Below are positions 47,921-58,341 of a stretch of 64,000 bases of DNA, in pieces. A model generated the notes under the pieces. It saw only the letters and a list, made by a program, of their open reading frames with translations. It ran no database searches and was not told where the DNA came from. Where the stretch lies: the NCBI GenBank assembly GCA_965250285.1, contig OZ252299.1, positions 2,560,001 through 2,624,000 of the forward strand. The letters are read 5' to 3'. The DNA is from Myxococcota bacterium. GTDB lineage: Bacteria > Myxococcota_A > UBA9160 > UBA4427. Each line of letters opens with the position of its first letter. Positions within the stretch are counted from its first letter, which is position 1. A program made the translations under genes and the position numbers.

Positions 47921-50290
47921 TCAGCGCAGCGAAGCGAGCGCATCGTCGATCCTTTCGCTGAGCCGAGGGTCGGTCGAGGGCGCGTCTCGAAGCCCGACGA
48001 GCAGCGTGTGCGCGTCGTCGCGTCGACCGACGTCGCGGTACGCCAGCGCGAGGTGGTACACGACCTCGTCCGATTCAGGGTCGAGCCGCCGCGCCTTCTC
48101 GAGCATCGCCCCGGCCCGCGCCGGAAGCCCCGCATCGAGGTACAGCGAAGCGAGCGTGTCGATCACGACGGGCTCTTCCTCGGCGCGGGCGAACGCCGCC
48201 TGCGCGACCGCGATCGCCTCGCGCGTGCGCCCCGCGCGCCCGAGGATCAGCGCGAGGTTGTTGCGCGCCCCGACGCTCTCGGGGTCGAGCTCGATGGCCC
48301 GTGTGTAGGCGCGCACGGCCTCGGCCTCGCGCCCGGCGCGGTCGGCCGCGATCGCCTGGCGCAGCGCGAGATCGCCCGACGTCGGGTCGAGCTCGACGGC
48401 TCGGGCATAGGGCTCGAGCGACGCCTCGAAGCGGCCGACCGACGCGAGATAGTCGGCGGCCATGCGATGCGGCTCGGGGTCGTCGGGATCGAGCGCGGCC
48501 ACGCGCGCGGCCTCGGCGAGCGCGTCGTCGGCCCGACCCGAGGCGAAGAGCAGATAGATGCGCGCATGGCGAATCGCCGGGGGGGCATGGCCGTCGGCCT
48601 CGGCGACGTCGAGCAGCGCGAGGGCCTCACGCGCCCGGCCCTGCCGACCGAGCAGCGTGGCCCGCTCGGCGATCCAGATCGGGTCGCGTCGCTGCGCCGG
48701 GCTGGCCTCGTTCAGCACGGCATCGGCCTCGGCGAGTCGACCCTGTCGCCGCAGCGCCACCGCCAGCGCGACTCGGCTCTCGACGTGCTCGGCGTTCTCG
48801 TCGAGGTGCGCGCGCATGATCTGCTCGGCCGTCTCGCTCTCGCCGAGCGCGAGTCGGGCCCTGGCCATGGCCTGCAGCGCCCGGTCGCGCAGCGGCGCGA
48901 ACTGCGCGGCATAGAACGAGACCGCAGCGAGCTGTTCCCAGCTCTGGCGCATCTCGACGACGCGGAGCAGCCCGGCCCAGGCCTGCATCTGCGAAGCCCC
49001 GCCGCCCGTCGCGACCAGGCCATAGCGCAGCTCGGCGCCCTCGAAGTCGCCAGCGCGTTCGAGCGCGATCGCGAGCAGCAGGTTCACGTCGCTGCGATCG
49101 AGGCGCGACACCACGAGGGCGAGCCGCTGCGCGGCGGCCTCGGGGCGCCCCTCGGCCAGATCGAGCCGGCCGAGCAGATAGTCGCGACGCGGATTGCGGG
49201 GGTGATCGCGGCCAAACGCCTCGATGGCCGCGCGCGCCTCGTCGAGCTCGCCGAGCTCGATCTGCATGGCGATGCGCTGATAGCGCAGCTCGATGCGCTG
49301 CAGATCATCGGCGCCCGCCGGCAGCTCTTCGAGCAGCGCCGCGGCTTCGCGCGTTCGCCCGCGCTGGTGCAGAAAGTTCACCAGCGTCGCGAGCACCGCC
49401 GCGCTCGGCTCGGCGTCGGCGTGCGCCCGCAGATGGCGCTCGGCGCGCTCGAAATCGCCGGCCGCCATCGCCGCCTGGGCGACCAGCGCATGCAGCGCTG
49501 TCGCCTCGGGTGCGGCGACCAGCGCCGCTTCCAACCGCTCCGCGGCCTCTCCCGCGCGACCGAGATCGACGAGGATCGTGGTGTGGATTCGCGCCGCATC
49601 CACGGCCGCCGGATCGGCGGCGAGCAGTGCTTCGGTGAGGCGCAGCGCCGAGGCCGCCCCCTCGACCTCGGCGACGAGCTCGGCTTCGCGCACCGCCAGC
49701 CCCGCACGCTCGGCGTCGGGCACGTCGTCATGGGCCTGCATCGCGCGCACGACGGCGAGCGCTTCGGCATCGCGATCCTCGAGCCGAAGCAGGTCGATGC
49801 GCTCGTGGCCGTAGAGCACCGGCTCGCCGTAGCGCTGCTCGGCCGCCTCGAGGATCGACAACCCCTCGTCGAGGCGTCCCGACTGCACGACGGCGCGCGC
49901 GCGAAGCACCTCGGCATAGGCCGCGCGCGGCGTATCAGCGGGCAGCCGATCGAGGGCCGCCAGGGCCGCCGCGGCATCGCCGACGCGCAGACTCGTTTCG
50001 GCCAGGCCGACGATCAACGCCTCATGGCCCGGATGGCGCTCGGTGGCCGCCTCGAGCAGCCAGCGCGCTTCGTTCATCTCACCGATCTCGGCGAGCAGGC
50101 GCGCGAGCTCGATCACGGCCTCGGGCGTATCGGGCAGCTCGCGCCCCATGTCGAACGCGGCTTCGCGCGCCGCGACGAGATCCTGGTCGGCGACCGCCTC
50201 GCGAAAGCGTGCGTTGGCGTCGCGTGCATCGCCGTCGCAGCCGACGCACGCCACGAGCAGGGCGAGCATCGACACGCGACCGATGGCCAC
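47921..50290 (-). CDS. Large TPR-repeat lipoprotein
   Basis: Ala/Leu-rich helical repeats, YARAVELDP, ARNNLALIL, DTLASLY. Confidence 0.85.
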   Translation of the reverse strand: MAIGRVSMLALLVACVGCDGDARDANARFREAVADQDLVAAREAAFDMGRELPDTPEAVIELARLLAEIGEMNEARWLLEAATERHPGHEALIVGLAETSLRVGDAAAALAALDRLPADTPRAAYAEVLRARAVVQSGRLDEGLSILEAAEQRYGEPVLYGHERIDLLRLEDRDAEALAVVRAMQAHDDVPDAERAGLAVREAELVAEVEGAASALRLTEALLAADPAAVDAARIHTTILVDLGRAGEAAERLEAALVAAPEATALHALVAQAAMAAGDFERAERHLRAHADAEPSAAVLATLVNFLHQRGRTREAAALLEELPAGADDLQRIELRYQRIAMQIELGELDEARAAIEAFGRDHPRNPRRDYLLGRLDLAEGRPEAAAQRLALVVSRLDRSDVNLLLAIALERAGDFEGAELRYGLVATGGGASQMQAWAGLLRVVEMRQSWEQLAAVSFYAAQFAPLRDRALQAMARARLALGESETAEQIMRAHLDENAEHVESRVALAVALRRQGRLAEADAVLNEASPAQRRDPIWIAERATLLGRQGRAREALALLDVAEADGHAPPAIRHARIYLLFASGRADDALAEAARVAALDPDDPEPHRMAADYLASVGRFEASLEPYARAVELDPTSGDLALRQAIAADRAGREAEAVRAYTRAIELDPESVGARNNLALILGRAGRTREAIAVAQAAFARAEEEPVVIDTLASLYLDAGLPARAGAMLEKARRLDPESDEVVYHLALAYRDVGRRDDAHTLLVGLRDAPSTDPRLSERIDDALASLR

Positions 50291-50414
50291 CGCGACGCCG
50301 ATGCACCCCGAAACGAATCGAGGCGCCGAGGATCGAATCCCCGGCGCCTCGCACGTGCTGTTCGCGTTGGTTCTCGAGTTCAGTGGAGTCCCTGGCTTCG
50401 CGCCTCGAACTCGG

Positions 50415-51152
50415 TCACGCGGTCCGTCGGCGATTGATGCCGTAGCCGGTCGCGAGCAGGCCGGCGAGCACCGCGATCGTACCCGCTGCGCCGAAGACCG
50501 GCACCGGGAGGTCGCTCGCGACCCACGTCCGCGACACCTCGCTGCCGACGTAGGTGACCTGCGTCGTGACGCCGGGCCCCGCGGTCTGCACCGGGCCCGT
50601 GCCCTGAAAGTTGCCGTTGCCGGCCGGCGCGCCGGTGAACACGAGCGGCGGGATCGGGAAGGTGCCCGAGCCGCTCTGCGGGATGTCGGTCGAAGCGGGG
50701 ATGCCGGTGAACACGCCCGTCGCCGAGCAGATGCCCGGGATGGTCGTTTCGGCGCAGTGCAGGTAGCCGGTGACCGTGTGGTTCGCGACCACGGGCAGGT
50801 TCAGCGTGGCGCCGGTTAGCGTACCCGAAGCCGGGTACAGGCCCGGGTTCAGGACGTTCGTGTTTTCGCCGGTCACGATGATGATGCCGGCGTCCTGGTT
50901 GATCGTGCCCTCGATCGTGCCCGCCACCAGTCGGCCGGCGTCGAGCGCCGCCCCCGACGAGGCCGCCGGATACTCGATCGTGATCGTGCCCGTGATCGGG
51001 TCGGTGTAGTTGCCACCGGGGTTGGTCGTCGCGAGCGAGCTGCCCGCCAGGTCGTACTCGACCATCCAGTAGCCGGCCTGTGCGCCGCCGCTGAGAGCCA
51101 GCGAAAGGATCGACAGCGCCACGAGCCGAAGCATCGTGCTGGTGCGTAACAT
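50415..51152 (-). CDS. Secreted Thr/Gly-rich protein with C-terminal sorting-signal-like tail
   Basis: Signal peptide ending AQA; C-terminus VPVFG + TM + RRR. Confidence 0.75.
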   Translation of the reverse strand: MLRTSTMLRLVALSILSLALSGGAQAGYWMVEYDLAGSSLATTNPGGNYTDPITGTITIEYPAASSGAALDAGRLVAGTIEGTINQDAGIIIVTGENTNVLNPGLYPASGTLTGATLNLPVVANHTVTGYLHCAETTIPGICSATGVFTGIPASTDIPQSGSGTFPIPPLVFTGAPAGNGNFQGTGPVQTAGPGVTTQVTYVGSEVSRTWVASDLPVPVFGAAGTIAVLAGLLATGYGINRRRTA

Positions 51153-51815
51153 CTGAGGTTCTCCCCCTCGAATTGAATTCGGTCTGCCGCAGAACACGCC
51201 TCTCCAGACCGTCGGCTCCGTCCAACGACCCAGAGTCATCACGCGCACATCCTCTCACCGGCGCAGGCAAGCTTCCTATTCAAACTATCGCTCGAGTTGT
51301 GTCGGAACCCCGGAGGGCCATCGCTGAATGGAGTTTCACCCGTGAAACGCGGGTGGAATGACCCGACCAGGCTTCGACATTCGAGCGGAAGGGTCGCGGC
51401 TCCTTCGCGCCGATCCGCACAAAGCCGACGCGCCCGCGTGTGCCTGCGCGCGAGACCGGCTCACGCGCCGCGGTGCATCGACCCACTCGGCGAGCGCGCG
51501 CGAACGACGCGCCGGCGCGAGCCCTCGCGGCTCCGCGTCGCGCGCGATCGAGGCCACGCGTTCGACGGTTCGGAGGATCGGGCCGGGCAACGCTGCACGC
51601 AGTCTCGGTTCGGGTCGCGTTTTCGAGTGCTTGCGCCGGCTTCTGCCGATTCGCGCCCGCCGACTGGGTCTCGAGAAATCTTGCGGTTCTGCGACATCGC
51701 CACTCGATGCGTCACAGGCATTGCCGGTAGGATTGGGTCGGAAGCTCCCGCTGCCTTTTCGCAACGTCACGCCTCGCGCTGGGCCCGTGCTTCGGGCCAT
51801 CACAGGGTTCATTCG

Positions 51816-53993
51816 ATGACACGTTCGCTCCGACACCGAATTGCATCGCCGCACGGCCGCTTCGCGCATACGACGCCGCTCCACTGGGCGCTGCTGCTGC
51901 TCGCGACGCTCGGCCTCGCCGCGTGCTCGAACGAAGGCAGCGCGCCGAGCGAGACGGAGGCCGAGACGGGCTCGGCCAGCATCTTCTTGACCGATGCGCC
52001 GAGCGATGACTTCGACCAGATCCTGGTCACGATCGAGCGCCTCGAGCTCATCGGCGGTGGCAGCCCCGTCACGATCTTCACGGGCGAAGAGACGGTCGAC
52101 CTCAAGGAGCTCGAGAACTTCTCGGATCTCTTCCTGCACGCCGACCAGATCCCGGCACGCACCTACAGCAAGATCCGCATGGGTGTGAGTCGCGTCGAGC
52201 TCGTGAGCGTCGACGACGACGGCGTCGAAGAGCGCTACGACGCCGACGTCCCAGCGAACGGCAAGATCGATCTCAACCCGCAAGGGCCCTTTACCGTCAG
52301 CCCCGGCGTCGACCTCGTCATCGAGATCGACATGGATGCGAAGAAGTCGATCCACATCGTCGAGACCGGCCAGGGCGACCGCTACAAGTTCCGCCCGGTC
52401 GTCTTCGTCACGATCCGCGACACGATGACGCCGCGCAAGCTCGCACGCGTGCACGGCGAGATCACCGAGATCATCGACGACCAGGTCTTCGAGCTCTGCT
52501 CGACGCGCTTCATGGCTACGCCGGACGATCACGTGTCCGCCCCCGAGACCGAAGAAGGCGGCCTCGGTGATCGACACCGCTGCATCCTCGTCGAGCACGA
52601 CGACGCCACGGGCATCTTCGACGAGAACGGCGATCCCGTCGGGCCTTCCGACCTGATGGAAGAAGACGCGGTGACGGTGATCGGCCGGTTCCACGTGGTC
52701 GACGCCAACTACGGCGACCCCGAGATGATGCCCGACAGCGAAGCGGTGCCGTCGGCGGCCTATGCGCAGCTCGCGCACGGCGGGCCGCCCGGGCTCGCGC
52801 GCAACTCGGACAAGGACTCGAAGTCGAAGAGCGACTCCGATTCGAAGTCGAAGAGTGACAAGAAGAGCGACAAGGACTCGAGCAGCAAGAGCGACTCGGA
52901 TTCGAAGTCGAAGAGTGACTCCGACTCGGATTCGGACGGTGGCGGCGACAAGCCGCCCCCGGTCGAGCTCGTGCTGCTCGCCTACGTGATCGAGATCGGT
53001 GAGCCGGGCACCTTCCTGTCGCTGAGCGGCGTCGTCGAGTCGGAGGTCGTCGGCGACGAGTTCGACTTCGCGATCGACCCGGGCCAGGGCTTCGGCGACT
53101 CGAGCGTCGTCACCGCTCTGCTCCAGGACGGCACCCGCATCTTCACGCGGGGCGGCTACGAGGTCGACGAGTCGGAGCTCATCCCGGACACCCTCGCCAA
53201 GGTCGATGGCGTGTTCGCATCGCTGTCGGGTGATCCGTCGGTGCTGAAGACGGCCCTGATCGTGCTCGACATCGAGCCCGACTTCGACGACGAGGTACGC
53301 GGCGAGATCATCGAGATCGAAGACGACATCATGCGCCTGATCGTCGACGACGAGGGCGACGAGCCCTGCGTCGACGCCGACGACGACACGATCGTGCTGC
53401 TGCTCGACGAAGGCGAGGAGGGTGCGAGCACCTCACGCGGCGAGTTCGACGACCTGATGGTCGGATGGCGCGTCGAGGCGTATGGCGACGGCGAAGGCGC
53501 CGAGTGCCTCGCGGCCGACGTCATCGTGGCGTACCCGGGCGGCACGACGCCCGTCGCCTGCGCCGCCAATGACGACTGTGAAGAAGGCGAGTTCTGTGAG
53601 AAGGTCGACGGCATGTGCGAAGCCGAGGGCGTGTGCGCGCCGGTGCCCGACGCCTGCACGCTCGAGTTTGCGCCGGTCTGCGGGTGCGACGACGTGACCT
53701 ACTCGAACGCCTGCGCGGCGAATGCGTCGGGCGTCTCGGTGGCAGCCGAAGGCCAGTGCGAGCCGCCGCCGGTTGCGTGCACGTCGAACGATGCGTGCGG
53801 CGACGGCGAGTTCTGCGAGAAGCCCGAAGGCCTTTGTGATGGCGAGGGCGTCTGTGTCGAGACTCCCGACGTCTGCCCCGACGTCTTCGCCCCGGTCTGC
53901 GGCTGCGACGACCAGACTTATGGCAACGCCTGCGAGGCCGCGGCCGCCGGCGCCAGCATTGCGAGCGTCGGCGCGTGCGTCAGCGAGCCGTGA
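51816..53993 (+). CDS. Acidic surface lipoprotein: DUF4382-like domain, KSDSD repeat, two Kazal-like modules
   Basis: Lipobox LAAC; LTDAP...IDMDAKKSIH...FRPV; APVCGCDDVTYSNAC and APVCGCDDQTYGNAC. Confidence 0.85.
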   Translation: MTRSLRHRIASPHGRFAHTTPLHWALLLLATLGLAACSNEGSAPSETEAETGSASIFLTDAPSDDFDQILVTIERLELIGGGSPVTIFTGEETVDLKELENFSDLFLHADQIPARTYSKIRMGVSRVELVSVDDDGVEERYDADVPANGKIDLNPQGPFTVSPGVDLVIEIDMDAKKSIHIVETGQGDRYKFRPVVFVTIRDTMTPRKLARVHGEITEIIDDQVFELCSTRFMATPDDHVSAPETEEGGLGDRHRCILVEHDDATGIFDENGDPVGPSDLMEEDAVTVIGRFHVVDANYGDPEMMPDSEAVPSAAYAQLAHGGPPGLARNSDKDSKSKSDSDSKSKSDKKSDKDSSSKSDSDSKSKSDSDSDSDGGGDKPPPVELVLLAYVIEIGEPGTFLSLSGVVESEVVGDEFDFAIDPGQGFGDSSVVTALLQDGTRIFTRGGYEVDESELIPDTLAKVDGVFASLSGDPSVLKTALIVLDIEPDFDDEVRGEIIEIEDDIMRLIVDDEGDEPCVDADDDTIVLLLDEGEEGASTSRGEFDDLMVGWRVEAYGDGEGAECLAADVIVAYPGGTTPVACAANDDCEEGEFCEKVDGMCEAEGVCAPVPDACTLEFAPVCGCDDVTYSNACAANASGVSVAAEGQCEPPPVACTSNDACGDGEFCEKPEGLCDGEGVCVETPDVCPDVFAPVCGCDDQTYGNACEAAAAGASIASVGACVSEP

Positions 53994-54017
53994 TCGATAC
54001 GACGCCGACCCGGTCGA

Positions 54018-55199
54018 TCATTCCGACGCGATCGGCTCGGGTCGGCTGACCCAACCCACCAGGTCGTCGGGTGCGCCGCCCCAGTCGGTGGCGTCGCGGT
54101 TTCGGTTCGGGCCGAACGAGTACACGAAGATGGCGCGACGACTCCCGTCGTCGGCGCACATGTGCTTGATCCAGTAGGGCGAGCCCCAGGGATCGATGAA
54201 GTAGCGAGCGCGCTCTTCGGGGAGACCCGAACCGACCAGCGACGCGAACTGCCCCTCGTACATGTGATCGAGGCCATAGTCGACGACGTGGGTGTAGACC
54301 CGCTTGTGGATCCCGCACCGAGTGCGCGTGCGCGACGACGAGTAGTCCTGACGCAGCGCCTCGAGCTCGGCACGGGCCTCTTCGAGGTGGGCCGGCGAAA
54401 CGGCCGCGAATGCTGACCAGAGCGTGGCCGTTGCGGCGCCCAGCGCCACCGCAGAGAGCGCGGCGACCCCGATGCGGCGAACGAGGCTCGCTCCCGACGG
54501 CTCGACCGCTGCGAGCTGCGCGACCCCCGAGCACAGCATGCCGAGCCCCAGCATCGCCTCGGCCCACTCACCGGCGTAGTCGATCGGGTAGACGTCGTAG
54601 ACGATGGCCGTGGCCGCAAACGGGCCGACGACCCAGGCGGGCGGCACGTCGACGCCGATTCGGTCGAGCAGCGCAGACGCACGCGAGAACATCGCGATGG
54701 CGGGGAGCGCCACGCCGTAGCCGATCACGATCAAGAGAAACGCCGCTTGGCGCAGGTCGCTATCGGTGACGTTGTGCAGGTTGATCTCTTGCTGGAAGTT
54801 GTTCGCGAGAAAGTACTCGGGTGAACGCAGTCCGAGCAGCCGCTGGCCCCACGAGATCTCCTCCATCGCGACGAACACGCAGAAGAGCGCGATCCCCGCG
54901 GCGAACCAGGGCCAGGGTCGACCGCCCCGCCGCTGGGCGAGGGTCAGGCGCGCATACGCCACCGCGGCGAGGATGAACGCCCAGAACGTCGCCCACTCGA
55001 GCGCTTCGTCCTCCTGCGCGAGTCGATCGAAGCGATCGGGTGCGAAGTGCTCGAGACCGAACGCGAGGGCGAGCAGCGCGGCGAAGATCAGCTGGACGAG
55101 GATCGCAGCCATGGCCCTTCCGAATTCGAGATCGCGCTGGTGGCGCACGCCGAGCATCGCATCCCGACGACGCGTGCGCCCGCGCGGCGACGAGATCAT
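54018..55199 (-). CDS. Membrane protein with C-terminal GspG/T2SSG-like motif
   Basis: EDEALEW, MEEISWGQR, NFQQEINLHN; C-terminal DPWGSPY...VYSFGPN. Start may be 55112. Confidence 0.7.
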   Translation of the reverse strand: MISSPRGRTRRRDAMLGVRHQRDLEFGRAMAAILVQLIFAALLALAFGLEHFAPDRFDRLAQEDEALEWATFWAFILAAVAYARLTLAQRRGGRPWPWFAAGIALFCVFVAMEEISWGQRLLGLRSPEYFLANNFQQEINLHNVTDSDLRQAAFLLIVIGYGVALPAIAMFSRASALLDRIGVDVPPAWVVGPFAATAIVYDVYPIDYAGEWAEAMLGLGMLCSGVAQLAAVEPSGASLVRRIGVAALSAVALGAATATLWSAFAAVSPAHLEEARAELEALRQDYSSSRTRTRCGIHKRVYTHVVDYGLDHMYEGQFASLVGSGLPEERARYFIDPWGSPYWIKHMCADDGSRRAIFVYSFGPNRNRDATDWGGAPDDLVGWVSRPEPIASE

Positions 55200-55218
55200 G
55201 GCCGGCTAGACTTTGGCC

Positions 55219-55668
55219 ATGCCCGAGTTCCCCCGCGATGAGATCGAAGAGGCCTATCACGCCTTCGTCGCCGCCGGCGATGCACAGGATTGGGACGCAT
55301 GGACCGACCTGCACACCGAGGACGGCCTCTGGGTCGAACACCACCTGGGCACGTTTCGCGGCCGCGCAGAGATTCGCGCCGCCATCCACGGCGCCATGGC
55401 GGCGGCGCCGCCGATGCTCTTTCCCGTCGAGTGGCACGTGATCGAGGGCAACCGCGTGGTCTACTACCCCTGGCAGGTGTTTTCCGACCCGACCGGCGGT
55501 GACGCGGTCTATCGGTTCGGCTGCGTCACGATCCTCGAGTACGCCGGCGACGGGCTCTGGTCGTACCAAGAAGACCTGTACAACCCGCGCGAGGGCGAGA
55601 CGGTCGTAAAGGCGTGGCTCGAAGCGGGCGGGCGCCTGCCTGGCGCCGATCAGGATTCTTCGAGGTAG
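55219..55668 (+). CDS. NTF2/SnoaL-like protein
   Basis: WDAWTDLHTEDG, GRAEIRA, YAGDGLWSYQEDLYN. Confidence 0.85.
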   Translation: MPEFPRDEIEEAYHAFVAAGDAQDWDAWTDLHTEDGLWVEHHLGTFRGRAEIRAAIHGAMAAAPPMLFPVEWHVIEGNRVVYYPWQVFSDPTGGDAVYRFGCVTILEYAGDGLWSYQEDLYNPREGETVVKAWLEAGGRLPGADQDSSR

Positions 55669-57050
55669 CCGAGCACGCCGAGCTGAAGGCGCGTCTCGGC
55701 ATCGAGCGCGCGGTCTTCGCGCGCTGGCCCGGCCGCCCGTGACTCGTCTCGCATCGCCTCGGCGGTGGCGCGCATGCGCTGAGCCCGCTCGGCGAGCCCG
55801 CCTGTGAGCTCGAGGGGACGCTGCTCTCGGGGATCGTTCTCGAGATCGAAGAGCCGCTCGTCGCCGCGCGGCCCGCGCGTCCACTTGTAGGGCCAGTCGA
55901 TCAGTCCGAGGCGATCGTGTCCATACAGCATGCTCTCGAGCAGAACCGGGCTCGGCCCGTGGACTTCGACCTGTTCGCGCGGCCCCGCGAGCCGGCGTCC
56001 GCCCGACGGTTCGCCCGGCAATGCGGCGTCGAGGATCGTCGCGTGGACGTCCCGCAGTGAGACGGGCGCGTCGGCGCGACCGGGCTCGATCCAACCGGGG
56101 GCACGCAAGAGCAGCGGCACGTGAATCAGCTCGTGATGCAGCGCATGCCCGTGCTCGAAGCCGCCGTGATCGAGCAGCTCCTCGCCGTGATCCGAGGTGA
56201 GCACGAAGAGCGTGCGGTCTGCGAGGCCGCGCTCCTCGAGCCCTTCGATCAGCAACCCGATGCCTGCGTCGAGATAGCGCACCTCTTCGTCGTACACGGC
56301 GCGCAGATAGCGGCGATCGCCGCGCGTGAGTTCGCCTGCGCGGGCGCGCACCTTCTGCGGCGCGGCGACCGGCGTCTCGAGCTGCGTCGACAGGTCGGCC
56401 GAGAACGTGTCGCCGAACGGCTCCGGTGCGTCGTAGGGCAGGTGAGGATCGAAGTAGTGGATCCACAGAAAGAAGGGCCGGTCGTCGGTGCGGCGATCGA
56501 GCCAGGCGAGCGCCCGGCGCGTGACCTGGGGCGCCGTCGCGTCAGGCCCGAGAACGGCGAACGTGTCGAAGCCCCGCTCGAAGCCCGAGCCCCGCGTCAG
56601 CACCACGTTCGTCACGATGGCGGCGGTCTCGAAACCGGCCGTCGACAGCGTCTCGGCGAGCATCGGCAGCCCGCGGTCGGGCTTCGCGAAGACCTTGCGT
56701 CCCTTCTTCAGAACGATCTGACCGCGATCGTTGCGCTTCAGCTCGCCGGCGCGATGACGCGAGGGCCATTCGCCCGTGAAGAGCGTGCCCATGCTGGGCG
56801 CAGTCCAGGGCGACGGCGCGTAGGCACGATCGAAGACGAGCGCATCTTCCGCGAACTCATCGATGTTCGGCGACGTGGGGCGCTTCGCGCCGTGCAAACC
56901 GAGATGATCGGCCCGGAGCGTGTCGACGACGACGAGCACGACGCCATCGACCGAGCGTTCGGGCGGCGCATCGCGGCAGCCGGCGACCGCGAGTGCGGCG
57001 AGGAGCGCGAGCCCACAGCATCGAGCCCGGCGGCTCGTTCGACCTCTCAT
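55650..57050 (-). CDS. Sulfatase-like lipoprotein
   Basis: VVDTLRADHL, SPWTAPSMGTLFTG, HYFDPHLPY, SDHGEE. Confidence 0.88.
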   Translation of the reverse strand: MRGRTSRRARCCGLALLAALAVAGCRDAPPERSVDGVVLVVVDTLRADHLGLHGAKRPTSPNIDEFAEDALVFDRAYAPSPWTAPSMGTLFTGEWPSRHRAGELKRNDRGQIVLKKGRKVFAKPDRGLPMLAETLSTAGFETAAIVTNVVLTRGSGFERGFDTFAVLGPDATAPQVTRRALAWLDRRTDDRPFFLWIHYFDPHLPYDAPEPFGDTFSADLSTQLETPVAAPQKVRARAGELTRGDRRYLRAVYDEEVRYLDAGIGLLIEGLEERGLADRTLFVLTSDHGEELLDHGGFEHGHALHHELIHVPLLLRAPGWIEPGRADAPVSLRDVHATILDAALPGEPSGGRRLAGPREQVEVHGPSPVLLESMLYGHDRLGLIDWPYKWTRGPRGDERLFDLENDPREQRPLELTGGLAERAQRMRATAEAMRDESRAAGPAREDRALDAETRLQLGVLGYLEES

Positions 57051-57105
57051 GGCGAGGACGGTACGCCGTCGGGCTCGGAGCTGCACGGTGGCTCGGCTGT
57101 CGGCC

Positions 57106-58284
57106 TCAGTCCTGGAAGCGGCTCTTCTCGGGACCGATCTGCGCGACGAGCGGGGCGAGCTTCTCTTCGTCGAAGCCGAAGATGCGCGCCTCGTTCTTGC
57201 CGAGGATCGCGGCGATGTCGTCGTCGGGCAGCCCGCGCAGCGACTCGGTCATCTGGTCGAGGGTGTGCGGCCAGCTGCCTTCGGGATGCGGATAGTCCGA
57301 GCCCCAGCAGAGCGACTCGACGCCGATCTCATGTCGACGCAGCGCCTCCTTGCGCGGCATGCACGACGCACCGATCGAGATATTCCGGCGGAAGTAGTCA
57401 CTGGGCTTCATCGACAGATGGCTCGTGTAGTCGCCGAGCTTGGCGCTGAACGGCGTGTCCTCGTAGCGAAAGTCCATGAGCTCGAGCAGCTCGGGCACCC
57501 AGATCGCGGTGCCCTCGGTGACCTGCATCTTGAGGCGCGGGAACCGCTCGAAGACGCCGCCCCAGATCATGTGCGCCACCGGGCGCGACACCCACCACGC
57601 CACCTCGGTGATGTAGATGCCGACCATGCCCTGCCCTTCGCCGAAGTCGGTCATCGGCGCCGGACCCGAGTGGAACGTCACGACGAGCTCGAGCTCTTCG
57701 CAGACGCGCCAGAACGGGTCGTACTTCGGATCCTGGTAGCTCGGGTACGAGCCCCAGAGCGGCGGCAGCATCACGCCGCGCAGCCCGTTCTCCTTCGCCC
57801 ACTTCGCCTCGGCGACCGCCGTGTCGACGTCCCACAAGATCGGCACGATGGCGATGCCCGCGCGGCGCTCGGGCGCCATCTGACAGAGTTCGGCCAGCCA
57901 GCGGTTGTGCGACCGCGCGCCCGCCCACTGCAGGTCGGCGGTGATGCCCTCGGTCGGCAGCGAGAGGCCCGCGCCGAACGGCGGCATGTTCATCTCGGTG
58001 ATGCCGTCGGGGTAGATGACCTCGGCGGCGATGCCGTCGCCGTCGAGCACCTTGATGCGCTGGTCATGATCCCAGGCGCCGGTGAGCTCGCGCTCGATGC
58101 CCTGGCGCCACTGGTCGTTGATCTCGTCGACGAGGAACTTCTTGGCAGCCTCGCGTGTCGCCTCGAGCTGAATCGGCAGAGCGGCGTCGAAGATCTCGCG
58201 GAACTCGGGATCGAGGTAGTCGCGGTACTTCTCGGGCGGCAGGCCGGCGTGGCAATCAGCAGAAATGACGAGATAGCGATCCAT
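57106..58284 (-). CDS. Amidohydrolase-2 family protein
   Basis: ISADCH, YDPFW, FHSG, GVFERFPRLK, WGSDYPHPEG. Confidence 0.93.
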   Translation of the reverse strand: MDRYLVISADCHAGLPPEKYRDYLDPEFREIFDAALPIQLEATREAAKKFLVDEINDQWRQGIERELTGAWDHDQRIKVLDGDGIAAEVIYPDGITEMNMPPFGAGLSLPTEGITADLQWAGARSHNRWLAELCQMAPERRAGIAIVPILWDVDTAVAEAKWAKENGLRGVMLPPLWGSYPSYQDPKYDPFWRVCEELELVVTFHSGPAPMTDFGEGQGMVGIYITEVAWWVSRPVAHMIWGGVFERFPRLKMQVTEGTAIWVPELLELMDFRYEDTPFSAKLGDYTSHLSMKPSDYFRRNISIGASCMPRKEALRRHEIGVESLCWGSDYPHPEGSWPHTLDQMTESLRGLPDDDIAAILGKNEARIFGFDEEKLAPLVAQIGPEKSRFQD

Positions 58285-58341
58285 GGTGTCTTCCTCTCGC
58301 GATGGGGCGCGCGCGGCGTCCGTTCGCGTCGGTGGATGGAT

